DNA of 64,000 nt, taken from Armatimonadota bacterium. GTDB lineage: Bacteria > Armatimonadota > Fimbriimonadia > Fimbriimonadales > Fimbriimonadaceae. The translations under genes were made by a program, and so were the position numbers. Every line of letters begins with the position of its first letter. The stretch's first letter is position 1. Under the pieces are notes generated by a model. That model was not told the DNA's origin. It made no database searches and saw nothing but the letters and a program-made list of their open reading frames with translations. This document shows, one piece after another, positions 18,680 to 28,014 of the stretch. The stretch lies in NCBI GenBank assembly GCA_017303935.1, contig JAFLBD010000002.1, positions 786,784 to 850,783 on the forward strand, written 5' to 3'.

Positions 18680-19415
18680 TACGATTCGAACCATTCTGGA
18701 TGGCTGCGGCCTGGGCCATGGCAGTAATCCTGCGAGCCTGGACCGCCTCCAAGCCGCCAGCGAGTTGAGAACATTTGACGAAGGGGCCTACCTCTGGCGT
18801 CGTTCGGCTCCAGCAAGATTCTTCTGTGTTCTCGTGTCCGGTTTGGTCAGACTCACTCAAGAGGCGCACTGTGGAAAGCAAGTGGTAGTTGAGCTTCTTG
18901 GCCCCAGCGATTGCACCGGCTTGCTCGCGACCCTCGGCAATGTATCTCATCCGTTCTCCTGCTTGGCTCTAACCGATGTTGAGGCCCTGATCGTTGACAG
19001 TGATGCCTGGCGGGATGCCACCTTTAATGACCCAGAGCTGCTCCGAAAAGCGACCAGTGCGGCCGTACCGCGTATGTTGGGGGGATACGGGTTTATGGCG
19101 GCCATGGCCACTGGCGAAGTGGAAGCTCGATTGGCGCTTGCTTTATTGCGGCTCGATGAGATCAACGCCCGGGATCACGGCCTGGCGACTCCCATCCACC
19201 TCACTCGCAAGGCTCTGGCCGAAATCGGGGTCACCACAGTTGAAAGCGCCATCAGGATCACCTCCCGGTGGAACAAAGCAGGAACGATTCTAACGGGCCA
19301 CAAAAGCCTCACCGTCCTTGACCGGGCCAGTCTCTATTCGACGGCCCACTTGGCCGACTGTAATAAAGTCTTGAGCTCCGACGGCGTATTGACTCCTCTG
19401 CACCATTCGGGCTGA
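18663..19415 (+). CDS. Crp/Fnr-family transcription regulator
   Basis: 250 aa with a cNMP-binding-like beta-roll region followed by a C-terminal HTH (TRKALAEIGVTTVESAIRITSRW). Confidence 0.8.
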   Translation: MRQAADTIRTILDGCGLGHGSNPASLDRLQAASELRTFDEGAYLWRRSAPARFFCVLVSGLVRLTQEAHCGKQVVVELLGPSDCTGLLATLGNVSHPFSCLALTDVEALIVDSDAWRDATFNDPELLRKATSAAVPRMLGGYGFMAAMATGEVEARLALALLRLDEINARDHGLATPIHLTRKALAEIGVTTVESAIRITSRWNKAGTILTGHKSLTVLDRASLYSTAHLADCNKVLSSDGVLTPLHHSG

Positions 19416-19942
19416 ACCCCAAGCCGGAGTAAGTCCGATTCGTTGACGATTTCCACGTCCAAGGCCTCCACCCAATCCATGATTCTGGGCGAATCAACAA
19501 GGGAGAGCCTCTCCCAGGCATGGCGACAATAAACACCGCACAAAGGTTGCAATCGACCATTGATAGAGGGAATTGCAGCTTCTTTGTCGCCTAGACGGGA
19601 TTTAAGAGCCCTCGCGACGGCCCCGTCAAAGAGGGGTACATCGCAGGAAAGAACGAAGACAAGATGGCTTGAAGGGCAGAACGCGCGAAGGGCCGCGAGA
19701 GGCCCGCGCTCAACCTCGTTATCGGGATGGAAGCAATAGCCATCGAGGGGAGTGCGACCCAGAATAGTGGGTTCCCAACCGGCTTCCCGCAACATTCGTG
19801 CTAACCGGACGGCAAGCGGCTCGCTCTCAATCAAGATTGAAGCCTTATCGAAACCCATCCGGCGGCTTGCTCCACCAGTCAACAGGACAGAAGACTGGTC
19901 AGCATGATCGATATCATAGTGCGTCACCGCCTGGCCTTCCAT
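19334..19942 (-). CDS. mobA: MobA, molybdenum cofactor guanylyltransferase
   Basis: Has the LLTGGASRRMGFDKA motif and is about 200 aa. Confidence 0.8.
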   Translation of the reverse strand: MEGQAVTHYDIDHADQSSVLLTGGASRRMGFDKASILIESEPLAVRLARMLREAGWEPTILGRTPLDGYCFHPDNEVERGPLAALRAFCPSSHLVFVLSCDVPLFDGAVARALKSRLGDKEAAIPSINGRLQPLCGVYCRHAWERLSLVDSPRIMDWVEALDVEIVNESDLLRLGVQPEWCRGVNTPSELKTLLQSAKWAVE

Positions 19943-19946
19943 ACTC

Positions 19947-20273
19947 TTGACTATGGCACGGTTGCCAAAACGATATGTCCGGTTCTTTGAAGACTTTCCC
20001 GAGGTCGGGAAGGCCTACGAGACCTACGGAGAAGCAGTTGCAACCGCAGGACCGCTCGACGAAAAGACCCGATGCCTCATGAAACTCGCGATGTCCTTCG
20101 GTGCTCGTCTCGAAGGAGGCGCAAAGAGCCATGCTCACAAGGCCCTCCAAGCTGGGGCAACCGTTGAAGAGTTGCGCCATGTTGCATTGCTCGCCGCGCC
20201 GACGTTGGGATTTCCGCACATGATGGCTTGCCTTAGCTGGATTGATGCAGTTCTTGAAGAGGAAAAGCCATGA
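19947..20273 (+). CDS. carboxymuconolactone decarboxylase (AhpD-like) family protein
   Basis: 108 aa, small helical protein with KSHAHKAL...EELRHV, typical of the CMD family. Confidence 0.6.
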   Translation: MTMARLPKRYVRFFEDFPEVGKAYETYGEAVATAGPLDEKTRCLMKLAMSFGARLEGGAKSHAHKALQAGATVEELRHVALLAAPTLGFPHMMACLSWIDAVLEEEKP

Positions 20274-21310
20274 CTAAGAGCCCACCCAAAAATCCACTCC
20301 CCATCGCGATCATCGGTGGCTTGATTTCTTCACTCGGTCTCCTCACAGCCGTTTACTTCGGTTCAGGCAAGCTCACTCGCTTCGATTCGCCGCTGGCGGC
20401 CTACACGGCAGCAACCATTTTTGCTGCCTTCGCATTTGCCTACCGTTACTTGATGTGGATTCAAAGACCCGCGACCTGGCGTTACTTTGTCGCTTCGTGG
20501 AAGCTCTTTATGGAGCCCAAAAAGCTCGTTCGGAACATCTTCAAACTCATCGGTTTGCTGGTCAACAACATAGTCCTTCAGAAGTTCATTGGAAAGCGAA
20601 GTACAACTCGGTGGCTCGCCCACATGGGCATGGCGTGGGGTTGTTTGATCGCTTTTGCGATTACTTTTCCGTTGAGCTGGGGTTGGATTCAATTTGGCGT
20701 CGCACCGGATGGATACAACTATCAGGTCGAATTCATGAGCATTCCCCAGTTTGCGTTCGACCCGAACAGCATCGTTGGATGGCTCCTCTTTAACGGCCTC
20801 AACATCAGCGCGTTTCTCGTCTTGGGAGGCATTGGCCTCGCAATGCATCGCCGCGTTTTCCAGCACGGAGCCCATGCTGTCCAATCCATTGAAAACGACT
20901 TGATTCCGCTCGTTCTGCTTTTTGCGGTCTCCATCACGGGCGTGATGATCACGGCGAGCTACAAGCTGATGGGAGGGGCTCACTTTAGCTTCGTCTCGCT
21001 GTTACATGCATTCACCGTGATCATCCTGTTGCTTTGGATGCCGTTCGGCAAGCTCTTTCACGTGATCCAGCGCCCGGCTCAGCTTGGGGTTGCGTATTAC
21101 AAGGAAGCGGGAATTGAGGGCCCTAAGGCGGTATGTATTCGCTCGGGGGATGAGTATCAATCCAAGCTACACCACGATGATTTGGTCGAGGTGATGAAGG
21201 AGGTCGGCGTGGACTTCGGCGATCACCAAAATCTGTCACCTGCTGAGAAGCGCAAACTCATCGCCATCAATCAGCTCGCCGCGATGGAGGATCGCTCGTT
21301 CGTTGGCTGA
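20270..21310 (+). CDS. integral membrane protein, possibly a NarI/DsrM-like heme b anchor
   Basis: 346 aa with about 6 TM helices. The distal PFGKLFH motif is similar to the end of the gamma subunit gene at 1682. The rest is unassigned. Confidence 0.4.
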   Translation: MTKSPPKNPLPIAIIGGLISSLGLLTAVYFGSGKLTRFDSPLAAYTAATIFAAFAFAYRYLMWIQRPATWRYFVASWKLFMEPKKLVRNIFKLIGLLVNNIVLQKFIGKRSTTRWLAHMGMAWGCLIAFAITFPLSWGWIQFGVAPDGYNYQVEFMSIPQFAFDPNSIVGWLLFNGLNISAFLVLGGIGLAMHRRVFQHGAHAVQSIENDLIPLVLLFAVSITGVMITASYKLMGGAHFSFVSLLHAFTVIILLLWMPFGKLFHVIQRPAQLGVAYYKEAGIEGPKAVCIRSGDEYQSKLHHDDLVEVMKEVGVDFGDHQNLSPAEKRKLIAINQLAAMEDRSFVG

Positions 21311-21370
21311 GGGAGTAACGCCCTCCACGGTACGGAGGGCGTTAAGCATGCACAACTCTAAGTTCAAATT

Positions 21371-21511
21371 GGCGGCCCCGGAGGGAATCGAACCCCCGAC
21401 GCCCTCCTTAGGACTGACATTTTCTAGGTTCAAAGAGGCTGAGGGTTCGTCCGCCGTTGAACCTAATCGACCGTCGTCTTCCACCGCGTTGGAGAGACCT
21501 TGGAGAGACCA
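21371..21511 (-). ncRNA. 141-nt tRNA-like element, copy 1 (T-arm, acceptor 3' strand and CCA, but no canonical D or anticodon arm)
   Basis: The minus strand ends ...GTCGGGGGTTCGATTCCCTCCGGGGCCGCCA and starts GGTCTCTCCAAGGTCTCTCC. Homologous copies lie at 30457 and 43309. Confidence 0.5.
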
Positions 21512-21645
21512 AAAACTCCGCGTCTCAGCCAGCTTCATTGAACTCTTCGGGAACTCCGAAGAGTTCGCTTTCTCCGCGACTGGCGCGTCCAGTGCTGCAG
21601 TGTCCTGGCACTTTTGAAACTTGGTTTACGTCATACTGACGGAAC

Positions 21646-22101
21646 GTGGAAGTTTTCGGCGCGGTGAAATCGGTGGCAGGGCGAGCATTGCTTGCTCTGG
21701 TACTTGTGCTGACCCAGTTCCACTTCTGCGAATCAATTTACGTGCGTGACTCTGGCGAAGTTTGCCGAGAGTGCTTGGTCATCGACGATCACGGTGCGGG
21801 TGAGGCTGAAATTGATCAGCCACATGGCGACTGCCATGACTGCTGTGAAATTCGAGAATGCGAGACGCCAAAGGCTTTTGAAACTTCCGCGCCCAGCCAG
21901 CAGTTTGCGTTCGATTTCGCAATTCTCCCCGAGCCTCTGGCTATGCCGGAGGTCATGGATGGCGGCGTCCCGTGGAAGTCGTTTCCATTTGATAGCGGGG
22001 CTCCGGCGACCGGACCACCCCTTGTTCATTTATCCCGCGGGCCCCCTGCTCTCCTTTTCGTTCAGCCGTCTGCTGGACGCAAGGTCGAGTCTTTGGCGTA
22101 G
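21646..22101 (+). CDS. small secreted Cys/His-rich protein (HGDCHDCC motif, GPPALL tail), unknown family
   Basis: 151 aa with a hydrophobic N-terminus. It is a paralogue of the ORF at 41772 (HSDCDMPCC...RAPPVLLA) and is the first gene of the czc module. Confidence 0.5.
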   Translation: MEVFGAVKSVAGRALLALVLVLTQFHFCESIYVRDSGEVCRECLVIDDHGAGEAEIDQPHGDCHDCCEIRECETPKAFETSAPSQQFAFDFAILPEPLAMPEVMDGGVPWKSFPFDSGAPATGPPLVHLSRGPPALLFVQPSAGRKVESLA

Positions 22102-22133
22102 CCGCTCGCTCTCTGCTCCAGCCCTGAAACGCA

Positions 22134-23342
22134 TTGGAGCATCCATTGAAGAGAACACTCATCATTCCTGTATTGCTGGCATCAGCATTTTGCCAAGCAC
22201 AAACTCAAATCTCAGCCACTGACGCCCTCAAACTGGCGTCTCAAAACCGTCCCAGCCTTGCGGCATCTCGACTCGGAGTTGAACAAGCTCGCCTTTCTGC
22301 GCGGGCATTGAGCGCACTTCCGCCGCTCAACCTCGCCGCAGGGGCAAGTTCGCGAAGCGAAGTAGGAGCGACAGACCAAGACCTAGCTCTCACTCAAGAA
22401 ATCGACATCTTTGGCAGAAGACGTGCTTCCGGTCGGGTTGGCGAAGCTGACGTACAGCTTGCTCTCGCCAGATACCGGAAAGAGGCTGGATTACTCCAAT
22501 CAGAGGTGCTCACCGCGTTTGCCATTGCCGTATCTGCCAGCCACCAGCGGGAAGTTGCAACCGAACTGCTCGAAGTCGCTGAGGGACTCCTCAACGCCAC
22601 CAAGCGGCGATTTGATGAGGGAAAGGTGGCAGAGCTTCAGGTGACAAGAGCGACAATCGAGTTTGAGCGAGCAAAGCAGACAAGGGAACTCAAAGACGCC
22701 GACTACCAAGCTGCGATGACAAGGCTGGCAAGCCTACTCGCTGTTCCTCAAGGCGAACTTAGCGTCGTCCCGGATGCCGCCATAGAGCCCGTCGCGATCC
22801 CGAGCATCATGGATCGTCCTGACATTCTAGAAATCAGAGCCGAGGTGGCCAAGGCGTCGGCGGAAGCAGGGTTCGCCAAGGCAACCTCTCGACCTGAGTT
22901 TAGCCTTCAAGTCGTTCGGTCACCGTGGTCAAACGACCGAGGCTACTTCGTGGGGAGGGCGCAATTCTCATGGAATCTGTGGGACCACGGCCGAGCACGA
23001 AATGAGGTTAGGGCCGCAAACCTCCGGGCTGAAGCAGCAGCCAAGGCACTGTCGGATGCTACCGCACGGGCCGAGCAAGAATTTGCCGCTGTCCAGATCG
23101 AGTTAGAGTCTCGACAGGTGCGAATCAAGAGCTACGAGGCGATTCTTGTGTCCGCAAAGGACCTCGTGGTGAAGTCCCAGAAGGGATTTGCGGAGGGATT
23201 TGGAACGCAGGTGGACGTTCTTGAAGCGACCAGGGCGCTTCGAGAGGTAGAGCAGGAACTCGTGGAAGCCAGGCAGCAGCTTGCTTTCGCGGTGATCAAG
23301 CAGTACGAGGCCTCTGGCTACCTAGTCGAGGTGCTCAAGTGA
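22134..23342 (+). CDS. czcC: TolC-family outer membrane factor of a heavy-metal RND pump
   Basis: 402 aa with a signal peptide and a two-repeat coiled-coil OEP pattern. Its stop overlaps the next start (GTGA). Confidence 0.8.
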   Translation: MEHPLKRTLIIPVLLASAFCQAQTQISATDALKLASQNRPSLAASRLGVEQARLSARALSALPPLNLAAGASSRSEVGATDQDLALTQEIDIFGRRRASGRVGEADVQLALARYRKEAGLLQSEVLTAFAIAVSASHQREVATELLEVAEGLLNATKRRFDEGKVAELQVTRATIEFERAKQTRELKDADYQAAMTRLASLLAVPQGELSVVPDAAIEPVAIPSIMDRPDILEIRAEVAKASAEAGFAKATSRPEFSLQVVRSPWSNDRGYFVGRAQFSWNLWDHGRARNEVRAANLRAEAAAKALSDATARAEQEFAAVQIELESRQVRIKSYEAILVSAKDLVVKSQKGFAEGFGTQVDVLEATRALREVEQELVEARQQLAFAVIKQYEASGYLVEVLK

Positions 23343-24913
23343 AGAAGTTCGTACTCTATCTCCTCGCGCTTTTGCTGTTGTCGGGTTGTGGAAGTAAGAG
23401 TGAACCTCCCAAGGTTGACGAACACGGTCATGAGGCGGAAGCGGCAAAGACCGACGAGCACGGACACGAAGAGGAGGGGCACTCCGAAAATAAAGTCTCA
23501 CTGAGCGACGAAGCGAAAGCAATCGCAGGAATCGAAACCACGGCCGTTCGGATGGAGCCGTTCCAGCCGATCCTTCAAGTGCCCGGAACCGTCTCTAGTA
23601 CTGATAAGGGAAAAGCGGTCGTCACCCCACCAGTTGCGGGAAGAGTTGTCTCGATTTCGGCGCGGCTAGGCGACACCGTGCGTCAGGGCCAAACACTCGC
23701 GACCATCGAGTCTCCCGAACTCTCCCAGGCTTGGTCAGCGATTGCCGATGCGACTCGGATTAGAGATGCCGCAAAGTCAGACGTTGAGCAAGCTCGATCT
23801 GAAGTTCAGTTGTCGCAGGCAAAACTGAGCGCGGCGAAAACGAACCTTACTCGTCAGCGACAGTTGGCCCAGGCCGGTGCATTCAGCCAAGCTCCCGTCC
23901 AGCAGGCGCAGAGCGAATTGAACGATGCACAGAGCGAACTCTTCAGCATTCAGAAGGAACAGGCCAGTCACGCGGAGCAAGTGCGCAGGCTAGAGAATCT
24001 CTTTCGCGACGGCATTGTTTCGAAATCGGAACTGGAAGCCGCACGGCTTGAACTTCAGCAGGACCAGATCAAACTGGATCGAGCTAAGGTCCGGATCGAA
24101 GCGGCAAAGGCAACCTATGAACGCGAAAAGAACATCGCCGCTCGGGGCCTTCTCAACGCTAAGGAACTTCAATCCGCCGAAGCCGAAGTGAAATCCAGTG
24201 AGCTAGAACTCGAGCGAGCAAGGCTCAGAGTTCGGGCAGCGGAGTCTTCGCTTGCGAATGCCAACCGGGCGATCAGCAATGCTCAGGCGGTCTACCGCTC
24301 CAATTCTGGAAGCGGTGGAGCGTCGGTGGGCCGAGTATCGTTGGTAGCGCCCATCTCCGGTGTCATCACGCATCTTGATGTCACGAGGGGGCAAGCGGTT
24401 GATCGAACCCAAGTGCTTTTGGAAGTCGAGAACCTCCGCTCGGTTTGGGTAACGGCGAATGTTCCTGAGTCAGAAATTGAGAAAGTTCGCAAAGGAGCGA
24501 TGGCAACACTCTCCGTGGCCTCGCTCCCCAACCGCGAGTTTAAGGCGATCATTCAAGTGGTCGGTACTAGAGTTGACCCGAAAACGCGTTCAATCCCTGT
24601 TCAGTGCCTTGTGACCGAATCAAATGGGCTTCTGAAGCCTGATATGTTTGCCAAGGTCTTCATTGGCGTAGGCCAACCAACCACAAAGCTCGTGATCCCG
24701 AAATCGGCTCTGGTCATGGAAGGGGGCAAGTCCTTTGTCTTTGCGAAGCATGGCGAAGCCTTCGAAAAGCATGAGGTGGTGCTAGGAGAGCAAGACGGAA
24801 GTCGCGTTGTGGTTCTGTCCGGAATTGAGGAAGGCGAGACAATCGCCTCGAAAGGCGCGTTTATCCTGGCCAGCGAGCAGAAGAAATCTGAGCTCAAGGG
24901 GCACGAACACTAA
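23339..24913 (+). CDS. czcB: RND membrane fusion protein with His-rich metal-binding ends
   Basis: Has the lipobox LLLSGC, the His-rich stretch [22 protein letters not shown], a long coiled-coil hairpin and a C-terminal KGHEH. Confidence 0.85.
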   Translation: MKKFVLYLLALLLLSGCGSKSEPPKVDEHGHEAEAAKTDEHGHEEEGHSENKVSLSDEAKAIAGIETTAVRMEPFQPILQVPGTVSSTDKGKAVVTPPVAGRVVSISARLGDTVRQGQTLATIESPELSQAWSAIADATRIRDAAKSDVEQARSEVQLSQAKLSAAKTNLTRQRQLAQAGAFSQAPVQQAQSELNDAQSELFSIQKEQASHAEQVRRLENLFRDGIVSKSELEAARLELQQDQIKLDRAKVRIEAAKATYEREKNIAARGLLNAKELQSAEAEVKSSELELERARLRVRAAESSLANANRAISNAQAVYRSNSGSGGASVGRVSLVAPISGVITHLDVTRGQAVDRTQVLLEVENLRSVWVTANVPESEIEKVRKGAMATLSVASLPNREFKAIIQVVGTRVDPKTRSIPVQCLVTESNGLLKPDMFAKVFIGVGQPTTKLVIPKSALVMEGGKSFVFAKHGEAFEKHEVVLGEQDGSRVVVLSGIEEGETIASKGAFILASEQKKSELKGHEH

Positions 24914-27900
24914 TGCTTGAACGTGCACTTGAATTCAGTCTGAGGCAACGATTCGTCGTCGTGCTTGGAGCGATCTTGCTTGTCGTTCTCGGCATTCTGG
25001 CTTGGCCGCAAGTCAATCTCGATGCCGTCCCCGATATAACGACCAACCAGATTTCGATCAACACCGAAACGGGGGGAATGAGCCCCGAGGAAGTCGAAAA
25101 GCTGGTTACCTTTCCAATTGAAACCGCGATGGGAGGGATTCCGGGAGTCGAGCAGGTACGAAGCCTAAGCCAATTCGGTCTCTCCCAAGTCAACGTGGTA
25201 TTTCGCGATGATAAGGACATCTACTTTGCCCGTCAGCTTGTCTCCGAACGCCTCAATGGGGTGAAGGATGAACTGCCTGACGGTGTGGGTTCGCCAACAA
25301 TGGGACCGGTTTCAACTGGGCTTGGCGATATCTACATGTATGCGATTGAGAGTCCTGATCGGACACCCGCTCAGCTACGCGAGCTTCAAGACTGGGTCAT
25401 CGCTCCTCAGCTACGAACCGTTCCTGGAGTAGCCGAAGTGAACGCCACTGATGGCAGTGTGAAGCAATACCAAGTGGTCGTCTCACCCCAAGCGATGCTT
25501 GCAAGGAGCGTCTCGGTTGATGACGTGGTTGCCGCGCTTCAGAACAATAACGAAAACGCCGGAGGCGGTCTCCTCGAACGCAACGGCGAGCGAGTACTCA
25601 TCCGAAGCGTCGGCCTAGCCCAAACCACGTCCGACATCGAGCAGATTGTGGTCAAGTCAGAGGATGGGGTTCCCGTTCTGATCCGCGATGTGGCAAGCGT
25701 GGAACTGGGAGTTCCGGTGCTGACCGGGATCTCGACGAAAGACGGCAAGGAGAGCCTTATGGTCATCGTGATGATGCTCAAGGGCGCGAATGGTCAAACC
25801 GTTGCCAACGCCGTCAACGAGCGGATCGAGGACATCAAGGGTCAACTCCCGAAAGACGTTACGCTAACAACCACTTACGACCGGGCTGAATTCGTCGGCG
25901 ATGTCTTGCACACCGTTGAAAAGAGCCTGCTGGAAGGGGCGGCTCTCGTCATCATCGTTCTCGTTGTTCTGCTTGGAAACTTTCGAGGAGCAATCATTGC
26001 CGCCATTGCCATCCCGCTCGCCATGCTGTTCGCCGTCCTGGGAATGAAGCAGTTTGGGATCAGTGGCAACCTCATGAGCCTTGGCGCGATTGACTTTGGA
26101 ATCATTGTCGATGGCGCGGTGATCATGGTTGAAAACTGCGTTCGGAGGCTCTCGGAAGCTCGGGCGATGCTTGGGCGAACGCTCACGAAAGAAGAGCATG
26201 CGGCAGTTATTAAGCAGGCGACTTCTGAAGTTCGAAAGGTGACGCAGTTTGGCGAGATGATCATTATCGCCACCTTCATCCCAATTCTCGCGCTCGAAGG
26301 CGTGGAGGGCAAGATGTTCAGGCCCATGGCGCTTGTGTTCATTCTGGCGCTGGTCGGCGCGCTCATCCTGTCGCTCACATTGATTCCCACGCTCTGCTCA
26401 CTCTTCTTGAGCCGAGATACTCAGGAGAAGCATAGTCGGCTTCTGGGGTTCTTCGAGAGGCTCTACGCTCCAACCCTCGCCTTTGCCCTCAAGCGTCGAG
26501 CTTGGGTAATTGGAGCAGCTTCGATTCTCTTGGTTGCTTGTGGCTTTCTCTTTACGCGGATCGGGTCGGAGTTTGTACCGAAGCTCGATGAAGGGTCGCT
26601 TGTCATTCAGCCGATCCGCGTTCGCACGGTTGACATGGAGCAAACGATCAAACTCGTTACGGCCTATGAGAAGAAGGTTCTGGAGGTGCCCGAGGTGCTG
26701 ACGGTCGTGACCCGAACTGGAACCCCAGAGATCGCAACCGACCCGATGCCGCTGAGCTTGAGTGATAGCTTCCTCACGCTGAAGCCGAAAGCGCAGTGGC
26801 GACCAGGCATGACCAAGGAAAAACTCATCGCTGAGCTTCAATCTAAGATTCAGCAAGTCCCCGGGCAGGGCTACAATTTCAGCCAGCCGATTGAACTCCG
26901 GTTTGCAGAGATCGTCTCCGGTGTAAAGGCGGACGTCGGGATCAAGGTGTTCGGCGAGAACCTCGGTGAGCTCAAGGCAAAAGCCGACGAGATCTCAGCC
27001 CTGATGCAAGATATTCCGGGAGCGACTGATATTGAAGTCGAGCAAGTCGATGACGTACCGGTGTTCCAGATCGACATTGACCGGGAGGCCATTGCCCGCC
27101 TGGGAATCAGCATCGCGGATATCCAGCACATCGTCTCGGTCGCTCTTGGAGGCGAAGAAGTCGGTCAGATTGTGGAAGGAGATCGTCGGTTTGGTCTTGC
27201 GGTGCGACTGCCCGAAGATATCCGCAACGATCCAGAAGCGATCAAGTCACTGCGAGTTGAGACCCCCACGGGCGGCTCTGTGCCTCTATCGAGTTTGGCA
27301 ACGATAGGCGATAGGGTGGCTCCCGCCCAAATTTCGCGGGAAATGGGCAAGCGGCGAGTCGTCGTTACGCTCAACGTTCGGGGTCGCGACCTTGGCTCGT
27401 TCATCGCAGAGGCACAACGCAAGGTGAAGTCCGACCTGAAACTTGATGAAGGGTACTACGTGACCTGGGGTGGGCAGTTTGAGAACCTTCAGCGGGCCTC
27501 CCAACGGCTGACGATTGTTGTGCCGGTTGCGCTGGGGCTCATCTTCGTGCTCTTGTTTTCGACCTTTGGGTCAATGAAGCAGGCTGCGTTGATTTTCACT
27601 GGCGTGCCGCTCGCGATAACCGGAGGAATCATAGCACTGGCTCTTCGCGGAATGCCTTTTAGCATCACGGCGGGAGTCGGTTTCATTGCTCTGTCGGGCG
27701 TTGCGGTTCTCAATGGAGTGGTGATGGTTTCGGCGATCAACCGATTGAGGAGCGAGTCGGGAATGTCGGTCTTGGAAGCCGTGAAAACAGGTGCGTCACA
27801 ACGATTGCGCCCGGTTCTCATGACCGCGCTCGTAGCTGCGCTTGGGTTTATTCCCATGGCGCTGAACACGGGCATCGGGGCAGAGGTTCAGCGACCGCTT

Positions 27901-28014
27901 GCAACCGTTGTGATCGGTGGGATTCTCTCGGCGACTCTGTTGACGCTTGTGGTCTTACCCGTCCTTTACACCTGGTTCGAGAAAGACACTGTTTCCGTCC
28001 CGGAGGTGTCGTGA
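24913..28014 (+). CDS. czcA: heavy-metal efflux RND transporter (CzcA/CusA class)
   Basis: 1033 aa with a 12-TM RND architecture. The metal specificity cannot be determined from the sequence alone. Confidence 0.85.
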   Translation: MLERALEFSLRQRFVVVLGAILLVVLGILAWPQVNLDAVPDITTNQISINTETGGMSPEEVEKLVTFPIETAMGGIPGVEQVRSLSQFGLSQVNVVFRDDKDIYFARQLVSERLNGVKDELPDGVGSPTMGPVSTGLGDIYMYAIESPDRTPAQLRELQDWVIAPQLRTVPGVAEVNATDGSVKQYQVVVSPQAMLARSVSVDDVVAALQNNNENAGGGLLERNGERVLIRSVGLAQTTSDIEQIVVKSEDGVPVLIRDVASVELGVPVLTGISTKDGKESLMVIVMMLKGANGQTVANAVNERIEDIKGQLPKDVTLTTTYDRAEFVGDVLHTVEKSLLEGAALVIIVLVVLLGNFRGAIIAAIAIPLAMLFAVLGMKQFGISGNLMSLGAIDFGIIVDGAVIMVENCVRRLSEARAMLGRTLTKEEHAAVIKQATSEVRKVTQFGEMIIIATFIPILALEGVEGKMFRPMALVFILALVGALILSLTLIPTLCSLFLSRDTQEKHSRLLGFFERLYAPTLAFALKRRAWVIGAASILLVACGFLFTRIGSEFVPKLDEGSLVIQPIRVRTVDMEQTIKLVTAYEKKVLEVPEVLTVVTRTGTPEIATDPMPLSLSDSFLTLKPKAQWRPGMTKEKLIAELQSKIQQVPGQGYNFSQPIELRFAEIVSGVKADVGIKVFGENLGELKAKADEISALMQDIPGATDIEVEQVDDVPVFQIDIDREAIARLGISIADIQHIVSVALGGEEVGQIVEGDRRFGLAVRLPEDIRNDPEAIKSLRVETPTGGSVPLSSLATIGDRVAPAQISREMGKRRVVVTLNVRGRDLGSFIAEAQRKVKSDLKLDEGYYVTWGGQFENLQRASQRLTIVVPVALGLIFVLLFSTFGSMKQAALIFTGVPLAITGGIIALALRGMPFSITAGVGFIALSGVAVLNGVVMVSAINRLRSESGMSVLEAVKTGASQRLRPVLMTALVAALGFIPMALNTGIGAEVQRPLATVVIGGILSATLLTLVVLPVLYTWFEKDTVSVPEVS

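Noticed and set aside
21371-21511. Calling the 141-nt elements ordinary tRNA genes, tRNA-Sec or tmRNA
   Set aside because: Only the T-arm, acceptor 3' strand and CCA are tRNA-like. I could not form a D arm or a 5-7-5 anticodon arm in any register. There is no 3' partner for a GGAAGAC start, so it is not tRNA-Sec. At 141 nt it is far too short for tmRNA. It has U3:G70 rather than G3:U70, and it has no plausible tag ORF (only PTRWKTTVD-stop).
21303-21617. Plus-strand ORFs crossing the tRNA-like elements (also 30156..30557, 43203..43472, and minus 21236..21538)
   Set aside because: Their conserved peptide pieces (AAPEGIEPPT, AAPGRFELPT) are the classic translation of a T-arm read in antisense. 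The frames are not conserved outside the 141-nt element.
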